DNA of 64,000 nt from an uncultured Chloroflexia bacterium (lineage in GTDB: Bacteria; Chloroflexota; Limnocylindria; Limnocylindrales; CSP1-4): positions 842,064 through 906,063 of the forward strand of contig CAVRBO010000004.1 in NCBI GenBank assembly GCA_963719285.1, given 5' to 3'. Made by a program: the position numbers and the translations under genes. A model generated the notes under the pieces. It saw only the letters and a list, made by a program, of their open reading frames with translations. It ran no database searches and was not told the origin of the DNA. How positions within the stretch are numbered: position 1 is the first letter of the stretch; every line of letters begins with the position of its first letter. Below are positions 21,578-31,475 of the stretch, piece after piece.

Positions 21578-22369
21578 GTGAGCCTCACCCCTGCGCCCAA
21601 GCCGCGCTCTATCGCGGGAACGCGGCGGCCAAGCCCGCGCGGGAAGGTCCGGGCGGGGGCCGACGCCGCCCGGCGCGCGGACGGACCACCCGACTTCGCC
21701 GGACTGCCGGCGCTGCGCTCGCCCCGTCCCCTTGCCGAGGACGCCGCGGACGTCCTGCGCACCCAGATCCTGGCCGGCGGGCTGCCCCGCGGAGCTCACC
21801 TCGTCGAGGCCCGGATCGCCCGCCAGTTCAACGTCAGCCGGGGCCCCGTTCGGGAGGCGTTCAAGCTCCTGCGGGCCGAGGGCCTGGTGGAGGAGGAGCC
21901 GCGGCGGGGCACGTTCGTCGTGACGTTGAGTTCGGTCGACGTCCGCGAGATCTACGACCTGCGCGCGGCGCTTGAGGGCCGGGCGGCCCGCTCGATCGCC
22001 CGGCGGCGGGACCCGGCGGCGCTCGATGAGCTCCGGACGACGCTCGACGCGATCGCCGCCGCCGCGGCCGCCGGCGACGTCCGGGAAGTCGCCCGGCAGG
22101 ATCTCCAGTTCCACGACTCGATCTGCCGGCTGTCCGGCAACGCCCGCCTCCACTCCACCTTCCAGCGCCACGTGCCCGCCCTCCAGACGCTGATCAAGCT
22201 CGACGAGTATCTGTACCGCTCGATGTCCGAGATCGCCACGCAGCACGAGCCGATCCTGTCGGCCCTGGGCGTCGGCGACGCCGACGGGGCGGCCGCGGCC
22301 TGCGAGGCGCATTGCGACGACGCCCGGGATCTCGTGGCGGACTACATCGACCGGCTCCCGGCGCGCTGA
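21578..22369 (+). CDS. GntR family (FadR/FCD subfamily) transcriptional regulator
   Basis: AEDAADVLRTQILAGGLPRGAHLVEARIARQFNVSRGPVREAFKLLRAEGLV is a GntR helix-turn-helix followed by an FCD-like C-terminal domain. A GTG at 21578 with an upstream GGAGG is the chosen start, but the start is uncertain. Confidence 0.65.
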   Translation: MSLTPAPKPRSIAGTRRPSPRGKVRAGADAARRADGPPDFAGLPALRSPRPLAEDAADVLRTQILAGGLPRGAHLVEARIARQFNVSRGPVREAFKLLRAEGLVEEEPRRGTFVVTLSSVDVREIYDLRAALEGRAARSIARRRDPAALDELRTTLDAIAAAAAAGDVREVARQDLQFHDSICRLSGNARLHSTFQRHVPALQTLIKLDEYLYRSMSEIATQHEPILSALGVGDADGAAAACEAHCDDARDLVADYIDRLPAR

Positions 22370-22373
22370 CCCG

Positions 22374-23363
22374 ATGACCGCCCCGGCCATCGCCCGTCCG
22401 CCGTCCGGTCGCCGGGAAGGGCGTCGTCCGGGGCGCCGACCGCGCTGGTCGCGACAGACCCGGCGCGACCTGCGGATGGGGCTGCTGTTCATCTCGCCGT
22501 GGCTCGTCGGGTTCGCCGCGTTCTACCTCTACCCGGCGCTCGCGTCGCTCTACTACAGCTTCACCGACTTCAAGATCCTGTCCGCGCCGACGTGGGTCGG
22601 CCTCGACAACTACAGCAAGATGCTCGCCGATCCGTTGTTCTGGAAGGCGCTCGGCAACACGCTCTACATCACGATCATCGGCGTCCCGCTCGCGGTGCTG
22701 ACGGCCCTCGCGATCGCCCTCCTGCTGAACGTGAAGAAGATCGTCGGTATCGGGGTCTTCCGGACGATCTTCTACCTGCCGGTCGTCGTACCCCCGGTGG
22801 CATCGGCGCTGCTCTGGATCTGGCTCCTCAACCCCCAGTACGGCCTCATCAACCAGGCGCTCGGCGCCATGGGGCTGCCCCATCCGCTGTGGTTCTACGA
22901 CCCCGCGTGGGCGAAGGCCGGGATCATCCTCATCTCGATCTGGGGGGTGGGCGATGTCGTGATCATCTACCTGGGGGCGCTCCAGGGCGTGTCCCAGCAG
23001 CTGTACGAGGCGGCCGAGGTCGACGGCGCGGGCCGTTGGGCGAAGGTCCGCCACGTGACGATCCCGATGATCAGCCCGGCCATCCTGTTCAACCTCATCA
23101 CCGGCGCCATCGGTGCGTTCCAGTACTTCACCCAGGCGTACGTCATCAGCGAGGGCACCGTCGGCCGGGGGAGCGGCGCGGTCGGCGGCCAGAACGGGTC
23201 GCTCCTGTTCTACGGCATCGAGCTCTACAACGAGGCCTTCCGGTACTTCGACATGGGTTACGCGTCCGCCCTCGCCTGGGTCCTCCTGATCATCATCCTC
23301 GTGACGACCGCGATCATGCTCCGGGTGTCGCGGAGCAGGGTCTACTACGAGGAGGGCCGATGA
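22374..23363 (+). CDS. Carbohydrate ABC transporter permease (MalF/UgpA-like)
   Basis: Six predicted TM segments, and the motif EAAEVDGAGRWAKVRHVTIPM. Confidence 0.85.
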   Translation: MTAPAIARPPSGRREGRRPGRRPRWSRQTRRDLRMGLLFISPWLVGFAAFYLYPALASLYYSFTDFKILSAPTWVGLDNYSKMLADPLFWKALGNTLYITIIGVPLAVLTALAIALLLNVKKIVGIGVFRTIFYLPVVVPPVASALLWIWLLNPQYGLINQALGAMGLPHPLWFYDPAWAKAGIILISIWGVGDVVIIYLGALQGVSQQLYEAAEVDGAGRWAKVRHVTIPMISPAILFNLITGAIGAFQYFTQAYVISEGTVGRGSGAVGGQNGSLLFYGIELYNEAFRYFDMGYASALAWVLLIIILVTTAIMLRVSRSRVYYEEGR

Positions 23364-24253
23364 GCGCCGTCGCGCCGTCCGCCACGCCGGGAGCCGGCAG
23401 CGCCGGCGCCCGGGTCGTCCGCCGGCTGGCGCGCACCGACCCGGGCCTGGTCGCCGTGTACGGAGCCCTCATCGGGCTCGCCCTCCTGTTCATCGCGCCG
23501 TTCCTGTGGATGCTCTCGACATCGCTCAAGACCGGCCCGAGCTCGGTCGCCGTGCCGCCGATCTGGGTGCCCGACCCGATCGTCTGGAGCAACTTCCCGG
23601 ACGCCCTCGCCAAGATCGACTTCTGGGTCGCGCTCAAGAACACACTGGTCTACGCGATCCCGTCGGTCGTGGGCACGGTCATCTCGTGCAGCATCGTCGC
23701 CTATGGGTTCGCCCGGATCAAGTGGCCGGGGCGCGACATCGTGTTCATCGTCCTGCTCGGCACGATGATGTTGCCGAGCCAGGTGACGTTCATCCCCCTG
23801 TACGTGATCTACGCGAAGCTGGGCTGGGTGGGGACGTTGCTGCCGCTGATCGTGCCGACGTTCCTCGGCAACCCGTTCTTCATCTTCCTGCTCCGGCAGT
23901 TCTTCCTGGGCATCCCGCGCGAGCTCTCGGACGCGGCCCGGATCGACGGCGCTAGCGAGCTCCGGATCCTGCGCTCGATCGTCGTCCCGCTCTCGGTCCC
24001 GGCCCTCATCACGGTCGGGTTGTTCACGTTCATCGACAAGTGGACCGACTTCTTCGGACCGCGTGTCTACCTCAACGACCCGGAACAGTACCCGCTGTCG
24101 ATCGCGATCCAGACGTTCCAGGCGGCCCACAAGACCGACTGGCCCCTGTCCATGGCCGCTTCGACCGTCATCACCCTGCCCCTCGTGATCATCTACTTCT
24201 TCGCCCAGCGCAAGTTCATCCAGGGAATCACGCTCACCGGCATCAAGGGCTGA
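23359..24253 (+). CDS. Carbohydrate ABC transporter permease (MalG/UgpE-like)
   Basis: The motif DAARIDGASELRILRSIVVPL and the TM pattern. The start overlaps the previous stop (ATGA). Confidence 0.85.
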
Positions 24254-24359
24254 GGCGGCCAGACCGCCGTCGAAAGGAGGCAAGGACGAACTCGATGGTC
24301 CGATCGCGCCGGCATGGCGCCGGCCGCCATGGCAGGTCATCAGGAGGAGGAAATCCCAG

Positions 24360-25718
24360 ATGAGGAAGTCCAGGTACCTCGCGTCGCTCGCGGCGGTGGC
24401 GCTGGCCCTGTCGGCGTGTGCGGGCTCCGCCACGCCGAGTCCATCGGCCGCCCCACCCTCGTCGGGCGCCGCGACGCCGGCTCCGACCGCCGCCCCCACC
24501 GCGGTCCCGACGGTCAACCTCGTGCTGCGCTATTGCTGGTCGGGCGACGGCGAAGTCAAGGCCATGCAGTCGATCATCGATACATGGAACAAGGCCCATC
24601 CCGAGATCCAGGTCCGCGGCATCAGCGGATCGATCAAGATCGAGGAGATCGCCGCGGCCGTCGCCGGCGGCGCCCCGCCCGACATGGTCATCACCTGCAA
24701 CAACGAGGCGGTCCCGGGCTTCGCCCACGACGGCGTCATCCTGCCGATGGACGACCTGATCACCCAGGTCGGCGGCAACACCGACAACATCATCCCGGCG
24801 TCGCTGGACTGGGTGAAGTACCAGGGCAAGCTGTACGGGTTGCCCTTCCTCCAGGACGACTGGGGCTTCGCCTGGAACACCGACGCGTTCACCGCGGCCG
24901 GGCTCGACCCGACCAAGCCGCCGACCACGCTCGACGAGCTGTGGAACGACGCCAAGGCCCTGACCATCACGAACCCGGACGGGTCGTACAAGCAGGCAGG
25001 CTTCATCCCGTGGTACCCGGGCAACAACCTGACCGAGATGAGCGAGCTCTTCGGGTGCCACTACTACGACGAGGCGAACAAGAAGATCACGGTCAACAGC
25101 CAGGCCTGCATCGACTGGTTCGCCTGGTACAAGAAGTACAAGGACACCTACGACAAGAAGGGCGAACTGACGAACCTCATCGCGAGCAAGGGCTCCGAGG
25201 ATGAGGACCTGTTCTACACCGGCAAGGTCGCGATGGGGATGTTCGGCGAATGGCTGCCCGGTGCGGCCTATGCGCCGAACTTCGCCCCGAACCTGAAGTA
25301 CGAGACGGCGCCGTTCCCGGCCGTCGATCCGGCCTCCTACGGGTCGGGCTTCGTCAACGGCAACGCGTTCTTCATCCCCAAGGGATCGGACGATCCGGCG
25401 GCCGCGACGAAGTTCGGGCTGTACCTGATGACCGACGATCCGTCACGCGCGATGGCGATCCAGAATGCCTCCGTGCCCCAACTCAAGTCGCTCATCACCG
25501 ACCCGACCCTGACCGCCGTCCCGCACTTCTCGACGTTCCTGGACATCGCCGGCAACGCCAAGACGTGGACGAACCCGATGATCTCGGTCTGGGCGGAGCT
25601 CCATGACAACATGGACACCGCGCTCGACTCGGTGCTCACCGGAGGCGTGGACCCGAAGACGGCCCTCGACGACGTGGCCACCAAGGTCCAGGCGGACCTC
25701 GACAAGAACGGCCCGTAG
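24360..25718 (+). CDS. ABC transporter substrate-binding lipoprotein (solute-binding family 1, sugar/UgpB-like)
   Basis: A signal peptide with lipobox (LALSACAGS), a Pro/Ala/Thr linker, then a typical SBP_bac_1-type sequence of 452 aa. Confidence 0.85.
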   Translation: MRKSRYLASLAAVALALSACAGSATPSPSAAPPSSGAATPAPTAAPTAVPTVNLVLRYCWSGDGEVKAMQSIIDTWNKAHPEIQVRGISGSIKIEEIAAAVAGGAPPDMVITCNNEAVPGFAHDGVILPMDDLITQVGGNTDNIIPASLDWVKYQGKLYGLPFLQDDWGFAWNTDAFTAAGLDPTKPPTTLDELWNDAKALTITNPDGSYKQAGFIPWYPGNNLTEMSELFGCHYYDEANKKITVNSQACIDWFAWYKKYKDTYDKKGELTNLIASKGSEDEDLFYTGKVAMGMFGEWLPGAAYAPNFAPNLKYETAPFPAVDPASYGSGFVNGNAFFIPKGSDDPAAATKFGLYLMTDDPSRAMAIQNASVPQLKSLITDPTLTAVPHFSTFLDIAGNAKTWTNPMISVWAELHDNMDTALDSVLTGGVDPKTALDDVATKVQADLDKNGP

Positions 25719-25742
25719 CCGGGCTCGGTCGATCGACAGTGT

Positions 25743-26487
25743 TCAGGGGAGGCCCGGGTCGACGACCCGGGCCTCCTCCCGTGCGTCCGCGTGTTCGGCG
25801 ATGACCGCGACGAGGCGGTCCGGGAAGTCCGAGTAGAGACCGTCCACGCCGAGCGCGAGGAGACCGACCATCGCCGCCCGGTCCTGGGCGTCCCAACCGA
25901 ACGCCTTGAGGCCGGCGCGATGGCAGCGCTCCACGATGGCCGGCGTCCAGTCGCGCCAGTGCATGTTCAGGGCGTCGAGGTGGAGGACCGCGAGACGATC
26001 GATGAGCGCCAGGATGCCACCGTCCACCCGGTGCGGCCGAGTGGAGCACACGAGGCGGACGTCCGCCGAGCGGATCCGCATCTCGGCCAGCAGGCCGAGG
26101 TCGTCGTGGCAGGCCCACAGGCGGGAGGCGCTGGCGGCCCGCTCGGCGACCTCGATGACGGGTTCCACGACCGCCGGATCCTCGAGATCGAGGGAGAGCG
26201 CCGTGTCCGCGTGCCCCGTCGCCTCGAGTTCGGCATACAGGGCCGCCAGCGTCGGCACGCCATGGGCGGCCAGTGCCCTCGAGCTCGTCCGGGTCACGTC
26301 GATCGGGCGGCCCGCCCGGTGGATGGTCCGGTCGTGGGTCAGGACCGCGGCGCCGTCGGCGGCCCGCCAGGCGTCCGACTCGAGCCCGGTCGCGCCCTGG
26401 GCGAGTGCCAGCCGGAACGCGTCGAGTGTGTTCTCCGGCGCGTACGCCGACGCTCCCCGGTGGGCGAAGGCGATCGGCAGCGTCACC
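25743..26487 (-). CDS. Glycerophosphodiester phosphodiesterase (GDPD family)
   Basis: [36 protein letters not shown] is the GDPD N-terminal signature. A GTG start at 26487 is assumed; the upstream ATG at 27023 lies in Arg-rich antisense sequence. Confidence 0.75.
25749..25779. terminator. GC-rich hairpin between convergent genes (putative bidirectional terminator)
   Basis: GGAGGCCCGGG-tcgacga-CCCGGGCCTCC forms an 11 bp perfect stem with a 7 nt loop. It lies 30 nt after the SBP stop codon and overlaps the last codons of the convergent GDPD gene. There is no U-tract. Confidence 0.4.
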
Positions 26488-27037
26488 CTTCGCGCCAGAC
26501 GGCCCGCCAGTAGCCGCCGTATTCGCTCACGAGCCCGTCCGCGTCGACCTCGACCGGCGCCTTGAACCCCGCCGAGCGATAGCGCCACGCCAGCTCGCCG
26601 ACGCGCTCGTACGTCTGCGACCCGTGGACCACGTCGAGGCCCGGGAACCGGAGCCAGGCCGTCTCGATGTCGGCCGATGCGCCGGGGGCGAGGCCGAGCC
26701 GCCAGACAGGCAGGGAGTTGGTCAGCGGCGAGAAGCCGAGATCCACGTCGAGGCAGGCAGCCGAGTCGATGACGACCGCGCCATCGCGCTCCCAGCGGCC
26801 GTGGCCGTCGGCGTGAAGCTCGATCCGCACGGGTGCCGCGGCGCCGATCCAGGCATCGACTCGCGCCGTCCGCGTGCGACCGGCGGCGTCGAGCCCGATC
26901 GCGTACTCCAGGCGGTGGCCGACGCCGCCCTCGACGACGATCGCGCTGCCGGTGAGATGGGACCCCGACTCGGCACGGTCGATCTCGGCCCACTCGAGAC
27001 CGGGGACGTCCAGCCGTCGCCACATGATCCGGATCAC
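26483..27037 (-). CDS. Hypothetical protein, apparently translationally coupled to the GDPD gene
   Basis: The 184 aa ORF has protein-like composition (W/Y/E/D-rich). Its stop overlaps the GDPD start by about 5 nt. No family was recognised with confidence. Confidence 0.5.
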   Translation of the reverse strand: MIRIMWRRLDVPGLEWAEIDRAESGSHLTGSAIVVEGGVGHRLEYAIGLDAAGRTRTARVDAWIGAAAPVRIELHADGHGRWERDGAVVIDSAACLDVDLGFSPLTNSLPVWRLGLAPGASADIETAWLRFPGLDVVHGSQTYERVGELAWRYRSAGFKAPVEVDADGLVSEYGGYWRAVWREG

Positions 27038-27090
27038 GGCGCCAGTATGTCGAACCGCCGGGACCGGGCGGGGGCCGCTACGATCGGTCC

Positions 27091-27849
27091 GTGCGACTGA
27101 CCGACCGGATCCACCTCATCGGCAGCGGCGAGCCCGACCTCATGACGACCGACCCGATCGACAGTCAGGTCTACCTGATCGAGTCCGACGCGGGCCATGT
27201 CGTGGTGGATGGCGGCGCCGGCAGGTCGATCGACGCGATCCTGGCCAACGTCGTGGCCGACGGGCTCGACCCGGCCCATATCGGTTGGCTGCTCATCACC
27301 CACGCGCACGGCGACCATGCCGGCGCCGGGCCTGCCTGGCGGGCGCACGTGCCGGGCCTCCGCATCGGGGCCTCGGCCGAGGTCGCCGGCTGGCTGGAGA
27401 CGGCCGACGAGGAGGCGACGAGCGTGGACAGGGCCCGCCGCGCCGGGATCTACCCCGCCGGATTCCGCCTGGCGCCCTGTGAGATCGACCTCCGGATGGC
27501 CGACGGGACGGCCCTCGAACTCGGCGACGGCCTCCGCCTCAGCGCGGTGGCGACGCCCGGGCACGCGGCCGGGCACCTCTCGTTCGTGCTCGACGAGGGG
27601 GCCGGCAGGGAGGGGCGACGGGCCACCTTCAGTGGCGACGCGCTCTTCCCCGGCGGGCTGATCCTCCTCCAGGACACGTGGGACTGCGACATGGGTGCGG
27701 CGATGCGGAGCGTCGAACGCCTGGCGGCCCTGGACGCCGACGACCTGCTCGCCGGGCACCTGGCGCCGGTCATCGGCGATGCCCGGGCGCACGCGGCGAC
27801 GGCACTCGGACGGATCTCCGCGCTCCTGCCGCCGGCGAACCTCCTGTGA
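27091..27849 (+). CDS. MBL-fold metallo-hydrolase
   Basis: LITHAHGDHAGAG is the HxHxDH motif, with downstream His/Asp ligands (ATPGHAAGH). Confidence 0.8.
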   Translation: MRLTDRIHLIGSGEPDLMTTDPIDSQVYLIESDAGHVVVDGGAGRSIDAILANVVADGLDPAHIGWLLITHAHGDHAGAGPAWRAHVPGLRIGASAEVAGWLETADEEATSVDRARRAGIYPAGFRLAPCEIDLRMADGTALELGDGLRLSAVATPGHAAGHLSFVLDEGAGREGRRATFSGDALFPGGLILLQDTWDCDMGAAMRSVERLAALDADDLLAGHLAPVIGDARAHAATALGRISALLPPANLL

Positions 27850-27859
27850 GCGAGCTCCG

Positions 27860-28318
27860 GTGAGCGGCGGCCTCGCGCCGGAGGTGCTCGACGCGCTCCT
27901 GCGCGAGACCATCGTCGCCCGTCTCGCCACGATCGACGACGACGGCTACCCCCACATCGTTCCCGTCTGGACAGAGTGGGATGGGTCCGCGATGTGGCTC
28001 GTCGCGCGCGCCCGCTCGGCGTACGCCTCGCACCTCGCCTCCCGCCCGAAGGTCGCCCTGTCGATCGTCCGGGCGGACGCGGCCGACACGCGGGCGCTCA
28101 TCCTCGGCCGGGCCGAGGTGGTGGCCGGCCCGGGTCCGCTCGAGGGCGAGATGGAGGCGATGGCCCGCCGGATGGCCGGCCGCTACGAGGGCGCCGACGG
28201 CGGCCGCTACATCGACGAGTCGCGCGACTGGCCGCGGATCCTCGTCCGGATCGTGCCCGACCGGATCATGTCGTGGGGCGAGCCCGATTGGCACCCCAGG
28301 TACCGCGGGCCGGCCTGA
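27860..28318 (+). CDS. Pyridoxamine 5'-phosphate oxidase-like / PPOX-class F420-dependent enzyme
   Basis: LLRETIVARLATIDDDGYPHIVPVWTEWDGSAMWL is a split-barrel signature. The GTG start lies 11 nt after the MBL stop. Confidence 0.7.
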   Translation: MSGGLAPEVLDALLRETIVARLATIDDDGYPHIVPVWTEWDGSAMWLVARARSAYASHLASRPKVALSIVRADAADTRALILGRAEVVAGPGPLEGEMEAMARRMAGRYEGADGGRYIDESRDWPRILVRIVPDRIMSWGEPDWHPRYRGPA

Positions 28319-28333
28319 CCGACGACCCGCACG

Positions 28334-31261
28334 TCAGTCGAGCTGGATCGTCCGGAGCGCCCACGGGCCGAGCTCGAGGTCGAGCCGGCCGCCGTCGTGG
28401 AGGACGAGGTCCGGACCCGGCCGGCCTAGGAGATCGGCCTCCCGGGCGGTCGCGAACGCGCCCCGGATCGTGGCGACCGTCCGATCCGGACGGAGATTGA
28501 GGATCCGCGCCTCGATGCGGTCGTCGCGCTGGCGGAGCGCCGTCAGGAGGACGCCGTCGCCGGCGACGCTCAGGCCCTCACCGACGGCGAGCGCGACGTC
28601 GGGTGCGGCCGCACCCTCGGCGACGACGAAGGGGAGGCGGTACGCCTCGGCCGCGTCGTCGATCTCGGCGGCCGCCCAGTCGCCGGTGTACGGCAGGAGC
28701 GCGAACGCGATGTGGACCGGCCCGAGCCGCTCGGCGGCCGGGGTGGCCACGACCGGACCGGCCGGCTCGGCACGCCACGGGTGGAGCGTCCGGCTGATCG
28801 TTCCGGTCGCGCGCAGGACCGTGAGCGCCAGCTCGTTCGCCCCGTCCGGTACGGCCTCGCGGCCGCTCCCATCGACGAGCTCGTATTCCATGACGTGGTC
28901 GGTCAGGATCGCGGCGCCGCCGGCCGCCACCCAGCCGTGGGCCGGGAAGGTGGGCAGCGGACGCTCGTCGTGCCCTCCCTCCATCGTGAGTGGCCGGTCC
29001 ACGACCGCGAACTGGCCCTCTGCGTGTGAGGTCGTCGCTGCCACTGCGAGCGGGACATGGAAGCGGAGGCGATGGTCGATCGCCCGGTTCTCCCAGTCGA
29101 GCGCGATCCTGGCGAATGGTTCACCGGCGTGGAGCTCGACCCGCATGACGATCGCGATCGGGACGGTCGCGCCGCTCCGTGCCGTCTCCCCGGGCGCGCT
29201 GTCCGGATCCCCGAGGAGGTCGCGCGGGATGTCGTAGGTGCGATGGACGACGAGCGCGCCGCGGAGCGGCCCGGTCTCGGCGACGTCCACGCGCACGTCC
29301 CGCGGCACCTCCACGAGCGTGTCGGCGGCGGGCGGAGCGTAGTTGTAGGCGTCACCCACGTCGCCGCCGTCCACGAGCCGGCCGACGCCCGCCAGGCGGC
29401 GACCTCCTCCGATGAGCGTGAGAGTGCCGTCGTCCGTGACTTCGACAGTCAGACGGCCGTTGGTCATCGTGCGGTCCGCGACCATGACGGGGTCGTCGTC
29501 GGGCCTGGGCACGGCGGCGACGACCCGGACCGCCGACCAGCCGAGCGCGGGCGCCGGGACGCGGGCCAGCAGCCGGCGCCGATCCGAGGCGACCACGCGG
29601 ATCCGCCAGGGGGCGGCGCCGTCCGGTCCAGCCTCGGCGACCATGCGGTCGCGCGCGCCGTCGATGTCCAGGTCGGGCGGCTCGGCCTGTTCGTCCACGT
29701 CGACCGTGAGGACCGTTGGTACGGGCGCTTCGGGCACGGATCCCTCGGCTCCCTGGGCGACCTCGGTGCCCGGCCGATCCACCCGGAAGCCGTTCATCTG
29801 GTACGTGAAGAGCTCGCGCATGTGCGCCCGGACCTCGAAGAACGCTCCGACCTCGCGACCGGGCAGGTCGACCTCGGCGATGACCCGCGCCCTCCGCCCG
29901 ACCTCCTGGACCGGCCGGAGCGATCCGTCCGGCAGCTCGATCGCGAGGCGATCGGCGCGCGGTTCGTCGCCCTCGGCGGCGGTCCGGCCCACGTCGCCCG
30001 GCGCGGCGCCGGGGAGCGGCACCCGGGCGTCAAGTTCGATGACGGCTTCCCGCTCGATCGGCGTGGGGTTGAGGACCGCGTGCGCGCCGCGCGGGACACG
30101 CCGTCCGACGTCGCGCCCGACCCCGGCCACGATGCCGGCCGCGATCTGCTCGGCCTCGGCGAACCGCACGAGGACCTGGGCGTCGACGTCGTCCATGGAG
30201 CACGCGCAGATCGAGTCGTGGGCCGAGTTCTCGATGACCCGCCGCCAGGCCATCTCGAGCAGTCGGGCGGGCCAGGTCGCCCCGTGCAGGGCCGCCAGCG
30301 GTTCGGCCAGGCGTTCGAGCAGCCGTTCCGCCCGTCCGGCCGCCTGCTTGACGTCGGCCCGGTGGCTTGTCACGCCCATGAGCACGTTCGCCCGAGCGCC
30401 GGACCGGAGCTCGCCGTGCCATGTCGAGAGGGACGCCGTGTCGGCCGGGTCCTCGGCGGTCGCCCGGACGTAGTCGGCGAGCGTCCCGACCACGACGTGG
30501 ACCGGGTCGCCCGACGCGTTCACGGCGTCGACCAGATCGCCGTAGTCGTCCTCGGGCAGTGAGTGGTCCTCGCCGTACATCGCCAGGATCGGCCGGTCGC
30601 CGAAGATCGGCTCGCGGCTGCGGACGAAGCGGGCGATGCGCTCGCGGACGATCGCAGCGTCCGCGATGACGAAGAGGTCGCGCGCATTGCCGTAGCCGCC
30701 CAGGAGGTACTCCGTCCGGACCATCGAGCCGTCCGGGCCGACCCAGCGGAAGGCATGCCGGTCGATCGCGGCGGGGACGCCGCGCCAGACGACCGCGTGG
30801 CCGATCCCCGTCCGGCGCAGGATCTGGGGCATCTGGGCGACGTGGCCGAACATGTCGGGCAGGTACCCGACGGCCATCGTCCCGCCCAGCTCCTCGGCCC
30901 GCCGGGTCCCGACTTCCAGGTTCCGGACGATCGTCTCGCCCGAGACGAGGAACTCGTCCATGAGGATGAGCCACGGGCCTACGGCCAGTCGGCCGGAGCG
31001 GATGAGGCCGCGGACGCGGGCCTCGTTCTCGGGCCGGACCTCGAGGTAGTCGTCGACCGTCGCGAGCTGGCCATCGAGCGTGAACGCGAGCCGCGGATCC
31101 GCCTCCATGGCGTCGAGGAGGCCGTCGATCAGGCCGACGAGGCGCATCCGGAACGCCTGGAAGGGCAGGTACCACTCGCGGTCCCAATGGGTGTGCGGGA
31201 CGACGTGGACCGTCCGGACGGCGGTCGACGAGGCCGGGGCGACTGGGGCGGGGGAGGCCAT
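28334..31261 (-). CDS. Glycoside hydrolase family 38 alpha-mannosidase
   Basis: The N-terminal VHVVPHTHWDREWYLPFQ is the GH38 catalytic-domain signature. A 975 aa length is typical of bacterial GH38 enzymes. Confidence 0.85.
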   Translation of the reverse strand: MASPAPVAPASSTAVRTVHVVPHTHWDREWYLPFQAFRMRLVGLIDGLLDAMEADPRLAFTLDGQLATVDDYLEVRPENEARVRGLIRSGRLAVGPWLILMDEFLVSGETIVRNLEVGTRRAEELGGTMAVGYLPDMFGHVAQMPQILRRTGIGHAVVWRGVPAAIDRHAFRWVGPDGSMVRTEYLLGGYGNARDLFVIADAAIVRERIARFVRSREPIFGDRPILAMYGEDHSLPEDDYGDLVDAVNASGDPVHVVVGTLADYVRATAEDPADTASLSTWHGELRSGARANVLMGVTSHRADVKQAAGRAERLLERLAEPLAALHGATWPARLLEMAWRRVIENSAHDSICACSMDDVDAQVLVRFAEAEQIAAGIVAGVGRDVGRRVPRGAHAVLNPTPIEREAVIELDARVPLPGAAPGDVGRTAAEGDEPRADRLAIELPDGSLRPVQEVGRRARVIAEVDLPGREVGAFFEVRAHMRELFTYQMNGFRVDRPGTEVAQGAEGSVPEAPVPTVLTVDVDEQAEPPDLDIDGARDRMVAEAGPDGAAPWRIRVVASDRRRLLARVPAPALGWSAVRVVAAVPRPDDDPVMVADRTMTNGRLTVEVTDDGTLTLIGGGRRLAGVGRLVDGGDVGDAYNYAPPAADTLVEVPRDVRVDVAETGPLRGALVVHRTYDIPRDLLGDPDSAPGETARSGATVPIAIVMRVELHAGEPFARIALDWENRAIDHRLRFHVPLAVAATTSHAEGQFAVVDRPLTMEGGHDERPLPTFPAHGWVAAGGAAILTDHVMEYELVDGSGREAVPDGANELALTVLRATGTISRTLHPWRAEPAGPVVATPAAERLGPVHIAFALLPYTGDWAAAEIDDAAEAYRLPFVVAEGAAAPDVALAVGEGLSVAGDGVLLTALRQRDDRIEARILNLRPDRTVATIRGAFATAREADLLGRPGPDLVLHDGGRLDLELGPWALRTIQLD

Positions 31262-31475
31262 GCGGCGATTCTAGGGCGACTCACCGGGGTGTGCGGTCGA
31301 CCGCTGTCGATGGACGCGAACGTCGCCGGCAACGGGTCCGGGACACCGTTGCGATGTCGCCTCTCCCGTGCGCTGGGGCGCGCCCCAGCGCCTTCGCCTC
31401 CAGGCGCTGCCCGCGCGGTGGCGCCACCGAGATCGCTCGCTCGGGAGCGTTGCTCCGCTACCATGGGCCCGTCCC

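Noticed and set aside
29057-31187. 501 aa and 385 aa ORFs inside the GH38 mannosidase region
   Set aside because: They are in alternative frames or antisense to a gene with the diagnostic HTHWDREW motif. Arg/Pro/Gly-rich composition.
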